DNA of 63,613 bases, filler included, from Reclinomonas americana ATCC 50394 (lineage: Eukaryota), in NCBI GenBank assembly GCA_048213135.1. It is 11 parts of 11 records of this genome, joined end to end, with 100 filler letters (N's around TTAATTAATTAA, not from the genome) between each part and the next. Parts side by side here need not be neighbours in the genome. Positions count along the whole stretch, not along the records: positions 1 to 12,052 come from AFZH01016975.1; positions 12,153 to 17,974 come from AFZH01016976.1; 9 more parts are not named here. One strand, written 5' to 3'. Positions 1 through 12,303 of the stretch are shown piece after piece. The notes beneath the pieces were generated by a model that searched no databases, was not told the DNA's origin, and worked only from the letters and a program-made list of their open reading frames with translations. The position numbers were made by a program, and so were the translations under genes. How positions within the stretch are numbered: the first letter of the stretch is position 1; every line of letters starts with the position of its first letter.

Positions 1-500
1 CGGTGTTAGCGATCGCGAATCGAACCGACGCGTACGTCGATATGGAGAGGCAGTGTGTTCTCGACAGTGTTCGCTACTCTCCTCTCTAGCAATCATCTCC
101 AACGCTGATCCCCCGTCCTCCCTCCTTCCCACCCTTCCCACAACGCTGATCCCCCGTCCTCCTTCCTTCCCACCCCTCCATTGTCAAAGTTTGCTTCCTT
201 TTTTGTCACTCCGTTTCCGAACCGAACACTCGTCGGCGATTGGGGGTTAATGCCATCTCACCCTGTCGGTGATACCAACACGCCGTGATGAGACAGAGGT
301 GCATCTGCATGCGACACTCTCCTCTCGCACCAACCGACGCCGCAACTCCGCAGAAAACAATCGCGAGCGCGCTGCCTCGTTTGTCCCATCGCCATCGTTT
401 CCATTTTTGGTGGTTTTCTTTCTTTCGGGGAGCAGACAGACAGCGCTGTTTTTGTGTGTCAGAGGACGAATCCGTCTCAAGAAGAGAGAGAGACGCAGAG

Positions 501-3500
501 ATGAAGTTTGGCACATACCTCAAGCTGCATGCGCTGAGCAAGTGGCGCGGGCACTACCTCCGCTATGACCGCCTCAAGGAGCAACTGAGTTTGCTTCTCG
601 CGGCCATTCAGTCGTGCAAAGAGGCGACAGACTCCTCTGCTGGCAGGTGTTTCTCTCTCTCCCTCATACATACAGCAGACATACAGACAGAGAGAGAGAG
701 GAGAGTGTACACCACGCACGAAAAGAGCACTCGGTGAAGAACGCTCTTTTAGACACTATTGACGTCGCTGCAGCTGATGCAAACTGTTTTGTGTGTCTCA
801 TTCCACATCATCTCCTCGCACACTCGTCCTCGCTGTGTCTCTCTCGCGTACATGAGTTGGCGTCATGATGCGGACCGAAAAAAAGTGGTCGTGCTCACAC
901 GCTGTGCGTGGACATGAGAGAGGCTTTTCACGCGCGCGCGACTCACACTCTTCCCCCCCCCCCCTTTTGCTATTTTCTCCTGAAGCAGTGCGGCTGCCAA
1001 GGTCGACTTTATGCCCGAGGAGAAGGCCTTCGAGGAGGAGATTCGAGAAGCCATGCGGTAAGATCGCAGCGAGTATTGGTACCAAGCAATCAAAAAAGGG
1101 TGCATATTTTCTTAACTCCTGTACGCGTGTATGTGTCTTCTCTCTCTCTGCGTGTGTCTCCACAGCGACTTGAACAACTTTGTGGCGTCGCAAAAGTCGT
1201 CTATTGACGCGCAACTGCTTGCGTTTGAGCGACGATTCGCCGCTGATGATTCCCCGCCTTCGCCTTCGACTGCTGCCGCTGAGTCGCAGAACAACGCGAA
1301 TGCTGTGCCTGCATTGACACGACGCATCAGCTTCCGCAGCTCGTCTGCTGCTGGCGGCAAGTTCAGTGCCGCACTGGAGGATGTGGCGCGCTTCCGAACA
1401 CTGTGCGTTGATTTTGTGCAGCTGTGGCACTTTGTGCTGCTCAACGCCGAGGGCGTGCGGAAGCTGCTCAAGAAGCACCGCAAGCACACGGGCTACAAGG
1501 ATGACCCGCGCTTGGATCCGGCCATTGCCTACAAGCAGCCGTTTGCGGAGCAGGAGTCGCTGACGTGGTTTTGTTGCGCAGTGTGTCTCGTTGGTGTCAT
1601 GACGCGCGCTCCTTTGGTTCCTGATTGCTCCTCCTCATCCCCATGCAGCCAAGCGCTTCACCTCTCTGCGCACCGTGTTCCAGGAGCGCGCCTCAGCGCA
1701 TGTCCGCGAGACCGAACTCTTCAAGCAGCTGCTGGAGATTGATCTTTCGCGCGCCCCGCTGCTGTTGGACGGTGGTGCGACCAAGGGCGCTGACACGCCC
1801 ACTCGCTCCGCACTCCACCGCGTGCTCCACCATCGTCAGTTGGTGCCACTTGTGCTCGGGTGGACCCAAAAGGCACGTTCACATTTGCTGTATCTCACAC
1901 TGATTGCTTCCCTCTTTCTGCCACCCAACAACTTGCTGATTGCCCACGACGCTGCAGTTTGTCGACTCGTTTGCCAGCGCTCTGACGCTAGCCGTGGTGG
2001 CACAGTTCATGTGGAACTCTCAGTCGTCGGTTGACGACGGCGGCAGCGTGCACATGATTGGATTCTTGTTCGGTGCAGTAGTGCTCGTTCGTGGACTGGT
2101 GCACATCTCCGCCGCGTATCTGTGGCGTGAGACCGCACCCGGTGCCAGCTGGATGTGGAGTCTCCTGCGCGCCACTGCGCTTCTCCTCATGGCGTCCCTC
2201 GGGGTGTGTGTGTGCCATATCATGAATATCGCGAGTCTGTCCTCACACCATTTGGCCTCTCGCTGCTATGTGTGCAGACTCCTTCGACGGTGTGGCGCTG
2301 GCGACTGTTCTGTGTGCTTCTGCTCGTCGACACCTGGTGCGCGGCGTACGCCAAACTCACGACGCGGGCTCTCGTCGAGGAGAGCAATGGCGGTGACTCA
2401 GCCGGCGGCAGCAACGGCAAGCAGAAGCGCAAGTCGCGTGGTGCGTACCTCCCTCTCCTCCTCTTCCACCTCCACGCGATCTCACTCTCTCGGTGCTCAG
2501 CCAATGCCAGTGAGGCGTACGAGAAGCTCGCGGGCCAATCGGCACCGTCGAGCAGCAACAGCAAGGATCAGGAGGGCTCCGAGTCGTTGCTGCGTCCACG
2601 CACTCGTCTCTTGGTGACACGTGTGTTCTCGTTGTGTGGCACGGGCACCGCAGCATCCGCCGCCTTTGCCGGCATGTCAGTGGGAACGGGCTTGGTGGTG
2701 GCGGCAGTGGCCGTGATGGCACAGCTGCCCGTCTTCTACGCGTACTTTGTGAAGCGTCGTGCCGCTGCGGAGACCGGCGGAAGCGCAACCTCCTCGCGCA
2801 ACCTCCGCCTGACCGCTGTGTCGGTCTTGTCGCAGCACAGCGCCATTCGCTGGCTGCTGGTGATCGCTCTCGCCGGCACTGGCGGTGGTGCGTCGGTGTG
2901 GCTGTCGTGCGCGTTGCTGAGTGTGGCCGTCCGATTGGGTCAGTTGGTGGCCCAGATGTCGGTCAAGAAAGTCACTGGGTTCGTGCATCCTCTTCTGTTC
3001 CTGTGTCGACGATCACACGATGAGCTCATCCCCTCTCTGGCAGCACGTACTCGCCCCGCTTGGCCTCGGCCATGGTCGCCATTAGCCTCGCGCTCCACGG
3101 AACGCTGGCGGCACTGTGCGATTCGAGCCTGTCACGCTTGCTGGCCGACTCGGTGGTCACGAGGTGCGCGTTGGGTGGTGTTCGTGAAGCCGCCTGTCGC
3201 CGATTACTCACTTATTTCAAAACTCTCCAGCGAGTCGGTGACGTTCGCCAACCCGCGCTTGTTGCTGGCCGCTGTGGTGTTGGCCGCGCTCGGCGGCGTC
3301 TCGTCGGTGGCGCTGGCCACGTCGGCGGATCGCGACAAGGAGAAGCAAAGCGGCGGCGACGCTGAGTCCCGTCATCCGTCGGCTCGAGCGCGCCCGTGGC
3401 TCTTCCGCTTTGTGCGTTTCTCATTCATTGTGCTGGCCAGCATCATCATGGAGGTGTGTGTGTTGCGGGATGAAAAACTGTGGCGCTTTGCATTGCTCTA

Positions 3501-6500
3501 CTCACGCTCTTTCCGGCCAACAGCCATTGGCGGGCGACGCTCTCGGCCTTGTGGTGCTCACGCTGTCGCTGAGTGCATTGTCGCCGGTGGTGGGCGCCTC
3601 GGAGGTGTGGCTCGCTCCCAAGCTGCGCAATCGTGTGTCGTTTGGCAACGCCGACCAGCTGGCGGCGGAGCTTGGATTCGAGCGCCGAGGACGCTTCATT
3701 GTGGTGGAGGGGTTGGATGGTTTGTTGGGGCACAGGGGAGGGAGAGGGGAAGGGAGAGGAAAAGGGAAAGGGAGGGAGGGAGGAGGAGAGGAAGAGAGAG
3801 AGGGTAACACGGAGAGTGAGAGAGAGAGAGGGAGGAAGAGAGGAGGAGAGGACTATACTTGGAGAGTGAGTGTGTGGGAGAAAGATGTACATATCAGTGT
3901 GCTGCTGGAGAGAATGTGCACGGGAGCAGAGAGGCATGCACAGCTGCATCTGCACAACTGACAGTATGCGCGAATGGCAGGTTCCGGCAAGTCCACCCAG
4001 CTTTCCCTGCTGGAGATGAAGCTGCGTCTGGCGGGCTACGATGTGGTGACGACGTGCTGGAACTCGTCGTCCATGATGTCGGAGGCCATCAAGGGCGCCA
4101 AGCGTATGCGCCGCATGCGCCGTCGCACTTTTGCTCTCAGTCAGGCGGCCGATCTCACGGAGCAGCTGTACGATCTCGTGATTCCGTCGCTGAGGTGTGT
4201 TGGTGTCTTGCAGACTGCGATACCTTTCTGTTACTGAAAACTCCCTCCCCCACCACCAGTGCCGGCAAGATTGTACTCTCCGACCGCTACTTTTTCACCA
4301 GCCTCGCCCGCGATGTGGTTCGCGGAAACGATCGCAGCTGGCTGACCAATCTCTACTCGACGATGATCCGACCGGATCTGGTCATGTACTTCCGCGTTCC
4401 GGTGGAGACGGCCATCTCCCGTGTGGTGAAGCGACGTGTCGAGATCTCGTCGCAGACGGCCAACGATTCCGAGGACGAGGGCCAGGAGTCGGACGACGAT
4501 GGAGCCGGCACGCAGGCGGACACGCAGGTCAGTGGCACTCGCCGTGCCGCCAGTGGTGAGTACGCCGAGGAGCGATTCCGCACCACGTCTGGATCTGCGT
4601 CTGGATCGGCTTCCGGCTCACGCAGCCGCTCGGCCGCCGCTGATGCCGTCGACGTTGAGCCACATGCAGGGGACCACGATGACATTGAGCATGACGAGGA
4701 CCACGATGCCACCGAGCTGGTGACCGAGGGCGAGAAGGTGGAGCCGCAGCTGTCGTATTATGAGGCTGGACTTGATTTGCACTTGGACAATGATCCGCTC
4801 AAGGTGGGCAGGGGGAGAAGGGGAAGGGGATGGAGAAGAGAGGATGCACGGGGAGGGTGTGCAAGAGAGAGAGAGAATAGAGAAGTGGTGGTGTGCGGGG
4901 AGATAGAGGGGATAGAGAAGAGAGGATGCACAGAATGAGGGACGAAGAGTGGGAGAGAGAGAGAAAAGAAGAGAATTGAGAAGTTGAGGTGCGCGGGAGA
5001 GGAAGTGTGCACGGAAAGGGAGAATGCAGGGAAGTGAGTTTGTGCAAGAAGGGAAGGGACGGAGAGGAAAGTGAGATAAGAAAGCTGCAGAGTGCGTTGC
5101 AGCAGCTCGCCAGCTGTGGGATACGTGATCGAAAACTAACTTAATCCTCGTCTTGTCTTGCAGAATTTCGTCACCTTCCAGACCATGGTGGCCCAGCAGT
5201 ACGACAACATGGCTGACGGTACACCCCTGCATGGTCTCGTGATCGGCTTGTCCTTGTAATGACGCGCTGTGTTTGTTGCAGAGTACGGATTCGAGGTGTT
5301 CGACGCCACTCAGGCCATGGAGCTGCAGCACAACCGCGTGATGAGTCTGGTGAACCAGACGCTGATGCGTGGCCATCCTGTGCGCACCAAGAATCGCAAC
5401 GTGTTCGACAAGGATCCTGAAGACGATCCGCCAGCGATTCGCGCCAACTACATGAAGAAGCAGATCACCACCGGTCTCAACTTCTTCTACCGCACCTCTC
5501 ATCAGGTGTGTAACCTATACCAGTGCGTGGTGGCGGAGATGATGCTGACCAGCACTGGTTATTGCTGCAGACCATGCTGGAGCGCATGGAGGCACTGATG
5601 GATGTGCAATCGATGCCGCGTGTGCTGTTGCACGGCAATCCGCACGTCGACAATTTTGCCAAGGTTCTCGATTTGAGCGCTTCTTCTTTCTTTTCACTCG
5701 TGTGTGTGTGTCTGAGTCCCGGTTTGTACGCAGGGTGTGTTGGGCACGGCCATGATCGATTTCGATCGCTCCAAGTTCGGTCCGTACGCCTGGGACCTCA
5801 TCCGTCTGATGGTGTCGCTCTCCATTCGCACCAAGAACCCGGCCAGCCACGTGCTGCAGTGGTCGCTGGTGCAGAGCATCATGGACGGCTATCGCTGGGG
5901 ATTCCTGCGCCCCTCGGTTCCGTTCCGTCAAATGAGCAAGCTCACGGTGCGATCAAAGGTGGTCTTGCAAAGTTGCCCACACACTCTGCTTACTTTCGAG
6001 TTCGCCAGGTCATCAAGCCGACGGCGGATGAGCTGAGCATGACGGCGTACCTGAAGGCGAACCGCGGCTGGGCGGCGCAGATGCGCGAGAACCCGCTTGC
6101 TGCTGACCACGAGGATGTGGTGACGCTGGTGCGCCTATATGCGGAGAACACGGAGAATCCGAGTCTGCTGACCGAGTTGCGATGGTTGCGGTGGTGGTTT
6201 TGGGGGTGGTGATTACTGACGCCACAACACTCGCAGCTATCGCATTGAGGAGGCCGGCAAGGGCTTTGGTTCATTCCTGGTCATCCGCTACTTGGTGGTG
6301 ATGGCACCGGTCGACGAATCGTCGGGCGCTGATCGCATTTTCCTCGACATCAAGGAGTCGCGTCACGATCCGGACACGCAGTTCTTTACCAATCCGTTCG
6401 AGCACAGCGGCAAGCGCATGATTGTGGCCTCGGACTTGTATGCGCCTGGTTGGGGCGATCATGAAGTTGCGTGACGGGAAAGAGGGGGGAGGGGGAGAGA

Positions 6501-6679
6501 TGGGAAAGGGGGAAGGGAGGGAAGGGAGAGGCAAGAGACTGGGATGCAAGTACTTGTCGTGGTGAGAGTTTTGCTGTCGGCGAGGGAGTGGATGTTGTGG
6601 GATGAGCCAGAAGAGAAGAGCGCTTGCTGATGAGGTACACAGTGAGTTGGTTGGCAAGGGAGGGAGGGAGGGAGGGAGG

Positions 6680-6719
<40 letters not shown>

Positions 6720-7224
6720 AAGAAGAAAGAGAGAGATATGGATGCGAAAGCAGCACAAGTCTGCTGAGTTGAAGATCGTCTTGGACAAGCAGTCGTTTTC
6801 GACCTGTATTCTATGGGGACAGTGGCGTTCCATTTCTCTTTCCCTAACGTTCTCCCACACGCAGGGGTACTGCACGTACAAGGGCATCGAGTACCACGTT
6901 CGCCACATTCCACCGCACAAGGCCAAGCTGACGGGCCAGCTGAACCCGGCCGATGCCAAGGAGTTCGCCATTGCCGTGGCGACCCAGCTCGGCCGTGGCC
7001 ACCGCCTCTCGCTGCAGCCAAAGTGGATGCCGCGTGATCTGCTGCTGCATCTGGATGAGTTGAGTCGCTGCCGGAGAGGAAGAGAAACATCACCGCTCAC
7101 ACTGTTTGTCATCTTTGCGCGCAGCAACATGCCGGCCATCACTGACACGGCGAACCAGCTGCGTCAGGAGCTCACTGCAGCATACTGGCGATACCGCTCC
7201 AAGGCCTCGGCCACGTCGGACTGA
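501..7224 (+). CDS. Multi-exon fusion protein: SPX domain + ~11-12 TM MFS-like region + thymidylate-kinase-like P-loop domain + DUF2252-like kinase-fold domain
   Basis: SPX start MKFGTYLK..W..HYLRYDRLKEQL (501) and end LNAEGVRKLLKKHRKHTG (~1440-1495). Hydrophobic exons 1958-3620. P-loop IVVEGLDG|SGKSTQ is split by intron 3720-3980, followed by WNSS, SDRYFFTSLARD, PDLVMYF and YYEAGLD. Then FFYR, VLLHGNPHVDNF, IDFDRSKFGPYAWDLIRL, GFGSFLVIRY, LDIKE, YHVRHIPPHK, QLGRGH; stop TGA 7222-7224. GT-AG joins keep the frame; the junction near 1565-1648 is uncertain. Confidence 0.85.
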
Positions 7225-7456
7225 TTTGTGATATCGCGACTGCCACAAAGAAAGGCAAAGGAGAGAAAAAAAGCAAGCAAAAAAACCACGGAAAGTATCA
7301 ATGAGGAAATAAATCACAGGGACACGCTGCAGCGGCTCTGCGCTGCGTGCCGGACGAGTACGGAGGAGAAGGATCTCTGGAAAGTCCCACCACGCATTGC
7401 GACTTGTCCCCCGAAGCATTGATTTTTCTTTTTTCACGTTCGTGCGCAAAGGTCGC

Positions 7457-10400
7457 ATGCCGAGGGACTCTACAACAAGAGAGGAGCGCGATGAGCTCGC
7501 AGCAGGTGAAACGTCGCAAGATATAATGGCCACTGATGCAGCTGCAGTGGCGGTTGCGGTGCCAGTGGAAGTGTCGCCTGAGAGTACACATGATGAGGCC
7601 GTGCGAGGCAAGACACGGTGGGAGGCTGTGTGGGCGTTCTTGGTGGGAGTGTTGATGACACAGGTGAGTGAGACAGAGACAAGAAGGAGGAGGAGTGGAG
7701 TTGTGAGAGTAAGGAAAAAAGGGAGAGTCTGACTTGAGATGGTGTGTCTTTGTTGTAGGTGTGGAACAATGCGAATCAGGTCGTACAACCGCTGATTGTG
7801 CTCAATCTGACTGGGGATGTTGAGTGGGAAGACGTTGATGTGCATTACAATTGCCTCTGTCTCACTTGCATGCTGGCGTTCTGCAGCCGTCTCTGGTGGC
7901 TTTCTTGTTGGTGAGATCGGCAGTGGACCATTTTTTTTTTGTTTTTCCCACATCTCGTGCCGCTCACTGCATGGTGTGTTTGTTGGTAGATGGCATATGC
8001 TGTGGCGAATGCCTTCGGCAGCGCGTTTAGTGGATTCGTGTACCCGTTCTGCTCGCCGAGGTTCCTGTTGGTGGTGTTTTGCCTTGGACGGTGAGCGAGG
8101 GGTGAGGGTGAGGGGAAGGGGGGAAAGAGAGGCGCAGAGGAAAGAGAATGAGAGGGACAGAGACAAGGAAGAAAAAGAGGCGAGCAGACTGCCGACAGCG
8201 TGTGTGGAAGGAGGCTGAGAGGGACATGAGATCTGAAGGTGAAGCGAGATGGAAGGGCGGAAGGGAGCGATGATGCAAGAAAGGCATGAAGGACGAGCGT
8301 GTTGAAGAAAGCTGGGAAGTGACACCAGTGAGTAGTGCGAGTGATGCGAGGAATGCACGAAGAGTGAAAGAAGTTGGCAGCTCTTACGACAGTAGAGGAG
8401 AGAAGGAACTGATGCAAGGAAAGTGTGAAAAAGAGTTTGTTGATGGAGCAAGTGGAGAGATGAGAGGAAGGTAACAGTCATGCGTGATGAAGAAAGCTGG
8501 AATAGAGAGAAGGAGGCACGCTGTAAGATGACACTTGGGATTTGACACCTGTGAGCAGTGCGAGTGATGCGAGGAATGCATGAAGAATGGAGGAAGGTGG
8601 CAGCTCATACGACAGCAGTGGAGAGAAGAAGACAAGCTGAAGCCTGGCAGGCAAGGGAGTGATGTAAGGAAAGCACGAAAAGGAGTTTGTTGATAGAGGC
8701 AAGCAAATAAAAAATGAGTGGCAGCAGTGATGCGTGGTTAGCTTGAAAGACAAGTGTTAACGAAGGCTGAGAACGCCACTGAACATGACAGACAGATGTG
8801 AGCAGAATGATGGGGACGTAGAGATTGGTTTGACTGAACGAAGAATGCAGAGAGCTTGAGTTCGATAGACAGCATGAGCGATTCAATCGAGTCAGAAGAA
8901 GTGTTGAACAGTTGCAGTGCCGTATGCAACCTTTCTTTGAACAAGAAGGCGCTTGAGAGATAACATTGATTGTTTCTTGGTTGCGCTCACACCGTTATTA
9001 CAGCTCGTGTTGTCAACTCGCTGTCGCCCTGTGTTGCGTTCACTGTGCCATGTCTCCTTTTGCGATGATGCGCTGACACTCTCCCACAGTGTACTTGTCA
9101 AAATGGGGTCCTGGCTGGATCATTCTCATTCTGTTCGCATGTGATACGGCGTTCATCGGTGAGAACGGCCAACCAGTGTCCTGCTCAGCAGTCTCTCCCA
9201 AGCCTCATTTCTCACCGCAGGCTGTTTGGACACGGTTCGCATGTCGTTCCCACGTTCGGCATACGGCTCCGACAAGGCCGCCCTGAACAAGCTCAATGCC
9301 GACTATCAGTTCTCTTTCGACCTCGGCACTCTTGTCGGTGCGTGTCTCCCTGGCAGAGGGAGAATGCGTGAAGCCGAGCAGCTGCTCACATGAAATTTCT
9401 CAGGTCCGCTGCTGGTCGGCTTTGTCATGTCATACACGGAGGACGTGTACGTCTCCAGCTTCCTTGCACCAGCCGGATTTGTTGTGGCGGCCTTTACGTT
9501 CTTGTGAGTGATGCAGACGGCAGAGTGTGTGCCACTAGATGCTCACCACCACCGCATGTGCGTTAGGTTTGTTCCTCCCGTCAAGAGTGACGCCGAGGCA
9601 GCACGGGCCGCCAGCGGTGGCACTCTGAACAAAAAGGCCAGCAACAAGGAGATCATGAAACAGCAGTCGCCGTGGGCCACCTGCCGGTACTTGTGCGGCA
9701 ACACCAAGATGGCGGTGGCCTTCTTTTCGTTCCTCACGCTGCAAGGTGAGTTGTGTGTGTTGGAGAAGTCAAGGAAGGTGACCTCACTCCCTCACTCCGT
9801 GCGCAGTGTATCGGCTTCGCAGCGTGTACTCGTCGCTGTTTGCGACGCAAGTGCTGCATTCACAGACGTATACGGCGTGGATGGTGTGTGTGCGGTTGCA
9901 AGAAAGTGATATGTGGCACAGTCGCTTGGTCTGACGCACGGTATGTGTCCCTTTGCAGATGGCTGCTTTCGGTGCTGGCGGCATGCTCGGCTCAGTGATT
10001 TATCGCATGCTGGAGAAGCGCGACAAGATCTCCGCCGTGTGGTTGACGGCCTTTGCGGCCATTTCACTGGCCGTGTTTTCGTTGGTGTGGATTCCGGAGG
10101 TGGTTTTCGAGACGTGGCCCGTCGGCGTGCGTTTTGGCATTGCCGAGGCCGTCATCTTTTTCATGCTGACGGGGAATGTCATGGCGCGTCTGGCGTCCAC
10201 TGTGGTGTTGCAGGAGGAGATGAAGAGTTGCGGGACAAGGGGGAGGGATGGGGAGGGGGTAAGGAGGGGAAGGGGGAGAGGGGGGAGCGGAGAGGGAAGG
10301 GGAAGGAGGGTAAGAGGGCAGAAGGTATGTATCCTGTTGTACTTCGGGATTCTGAATATGTTTCATGAGTTACGCGCTCGCGTGATATAGAGATCATATC

Positions 10401-11486
10401 TATACGCGCAGTGTCGTGTGCGATCGTGAGCTTCTTGAGCGAGTCACACTTCTACCTTGTGCGAGTCAATCATGCAACCGAGCGATATTGTGATGTCGAA
10501 TCCACTCGTATCTGTATGCTATACGTGTGTGCATAGTTAGTCTCAACGTGTCATACCCTCCTGAGTGACGCGAACTCCATGAGTATGCATTACGTCTTTA
10601 CTAACGGCGTGTCTCACTCTTGTACCGTACAGGAGAGCGCAATGCTGGAGTCATGGCGCTGGTTGCGTTTTTCGTGTACGCACTCTTGCGCTGCCATGAG
10701 TGCGACGCGCTGACTGTTCCATTTTCGTGCAGCGTGGCTTCCTGACCAAGTGCGTGGCCGGTGGATTGCAGGGACTGCTGGGCCTGTCGTTCAAGCTCAC
10801 CAACAACGACGGCATCCTCTCGTTTGTCATTTTCTCGTCGGTTACCCTGGTGTTTGGCGGGCTGCAGGTGGGTGGCGGGATAAGGGACAAGGAGTGGGGT
10901 GAGAGAGCAGAGGTGGAAGTGTCTCTTGTGAAGATGGTGAAGGGAGAGAGTGATGAATGAGAGAGAGGGACAATGATACTGAGTGTGTAATGTCTCTGAG
11001 AGAAAGCGCGAAGAGCATCTGTAACACTTAACAGTTTTAGTTGTAGAAGAAAAAGTACACGAGACTTGGCGATCACTGGTAGATGCTCATTGTTGTGTAT
11101 GGACCAGTGAAGTTTCTATTATTTGAGCAGCTGCAGCCTTTCGAAAGTGATCATGACTGTGTCATGCCTGTGAGAGTGTGAGGTAGGTAGAGAAAGGTGC
11201 GACTGTGGGAGGCAGGGCAGGCTTGATTGGTGAAGCGTCTACACTTGGTGGTGCACTCCCACTCATCGCTTGTTGCGCACAGATTATGTTTGCCATTCTG
11301 TACCGCTGCGTCGGCGCCGAGTCCAGCTCTGGACAGACCCGCAAGCCGGAGAAGAAGGACATTGAGATGGCGACCCGGAAGAAGAGCAGCACCGATGGAG
11401 ACGAAGGAGAAGAAGGAGAGGGAGGAAGCACCGGCAATCTGCGTTTGTTGGCGGCAGATGAGCAGCGGTCGGGTGCAATGCAATAA
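7457..11486 (+). CDS. MFS transporter (DHA3/macrolide-efflux-like), multi-exon
   Basis: Spliced translation gives PLIVLNLTGD|PSLVAFLL|MAYAVANAFGS, LNKLNADYQFSFDLGTLV|GPLLVGFV, MAAFGAGGMLGSV and many TM segments; acidic C-terminal tail; stop TAA 11484-11486. Confidence 0.75.
8310..8760. repeat. Degenerate ~225-bp direct repeat inside an MFS intron
   Basis: GTGCGAGTGATGCGAGGAATGCA...GGCAGCTC.TACGACAG.AG.GGAGAGAAG...GAGTTTGTTGAT occurs at ~8335 and ~8558. Confidence 0.6.
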
Positions 11487-11726
11487 GTGACCGCAAGTAC
11501 AGCAGTGTGATTGTTTTTTCGTAGCCGACTCATTATCAATACCGGACCTCGATATTTGACTCCGAACAGACGCAGGAAGCCTCTGCTGCCATCGACATTG
11601 CATCGTCGCTGGTGACAGGGACACAATAGGGATTTGCACCGCGATGGCCGTCGCTGGCTTCCCAGCCGAGTAACACTTCCACAGTCCGATCGATCGGCCG
11701 GGCAGTGAGCGTTAAATCACTCGCAA

Positions 11727-12257
11727 ATGCCTCCGCGAAGGAAGACTGTGCGCAAATCGCCCGAAGAGCGCTTCTTTGAGGCATGCGAAGGTACAAGAGA
11801 GAGAAGAGGGAGAAAGAGAAGAGGAGAAAGAGAAAGGGACAGATTGACAGAGAGAGAGGGCGAGAAAGAGAGAGAGAACGAGAGAGAGAGAGAGAGGAGA
11901 GAGAGGAGGGAGGGAGGAGAGAGAGAGAGAAGAGTAGAGGAAGAACGAGGAAGCAGACGAACGACGAGGACAAGAAGAGAGTGAGTGGGAGAGACGTGAG
12001 ACAGACAGACAGACAGACAGACAGAGAGAGAGAAAGAGAGAGAGAAGAGAGANNNNNNNNNNNNNNNNNNNNNNNNNNNNNNNNNNNNNNNNNNNNTTAA
12101 TTAATTAANNNNNNNNNNNNNNNNNNNNNNNNNNNNNNNNNNNNNNNNNNNNAGAGAGAGAGAAAGAGTTCAGGAAGGAACAGGGAAAGGCAGACAGACA
12201 GGCAAGAAGAGAGTGATTGGGGAGAGACTGAGACAGACAGACAGACAGACAGACAGA

Positions 12258-12303
<46 letters not shown>

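Noticed and set aside
7457..11486. Adjacent MFS gene as part of the SPX fusion or a phosphate gene cluster
   Set aside because: It has its own ATG after a clear stop and resembles DHA3-type exporters; adjacency alone is weak evidence in a compact eukaryotic genome.
12053..12152. TTAATTAATTAA palindrome repeated ten times
   Set aside because: Always embedded in fixed N blocks; an artificial contig linker, not a biological site.
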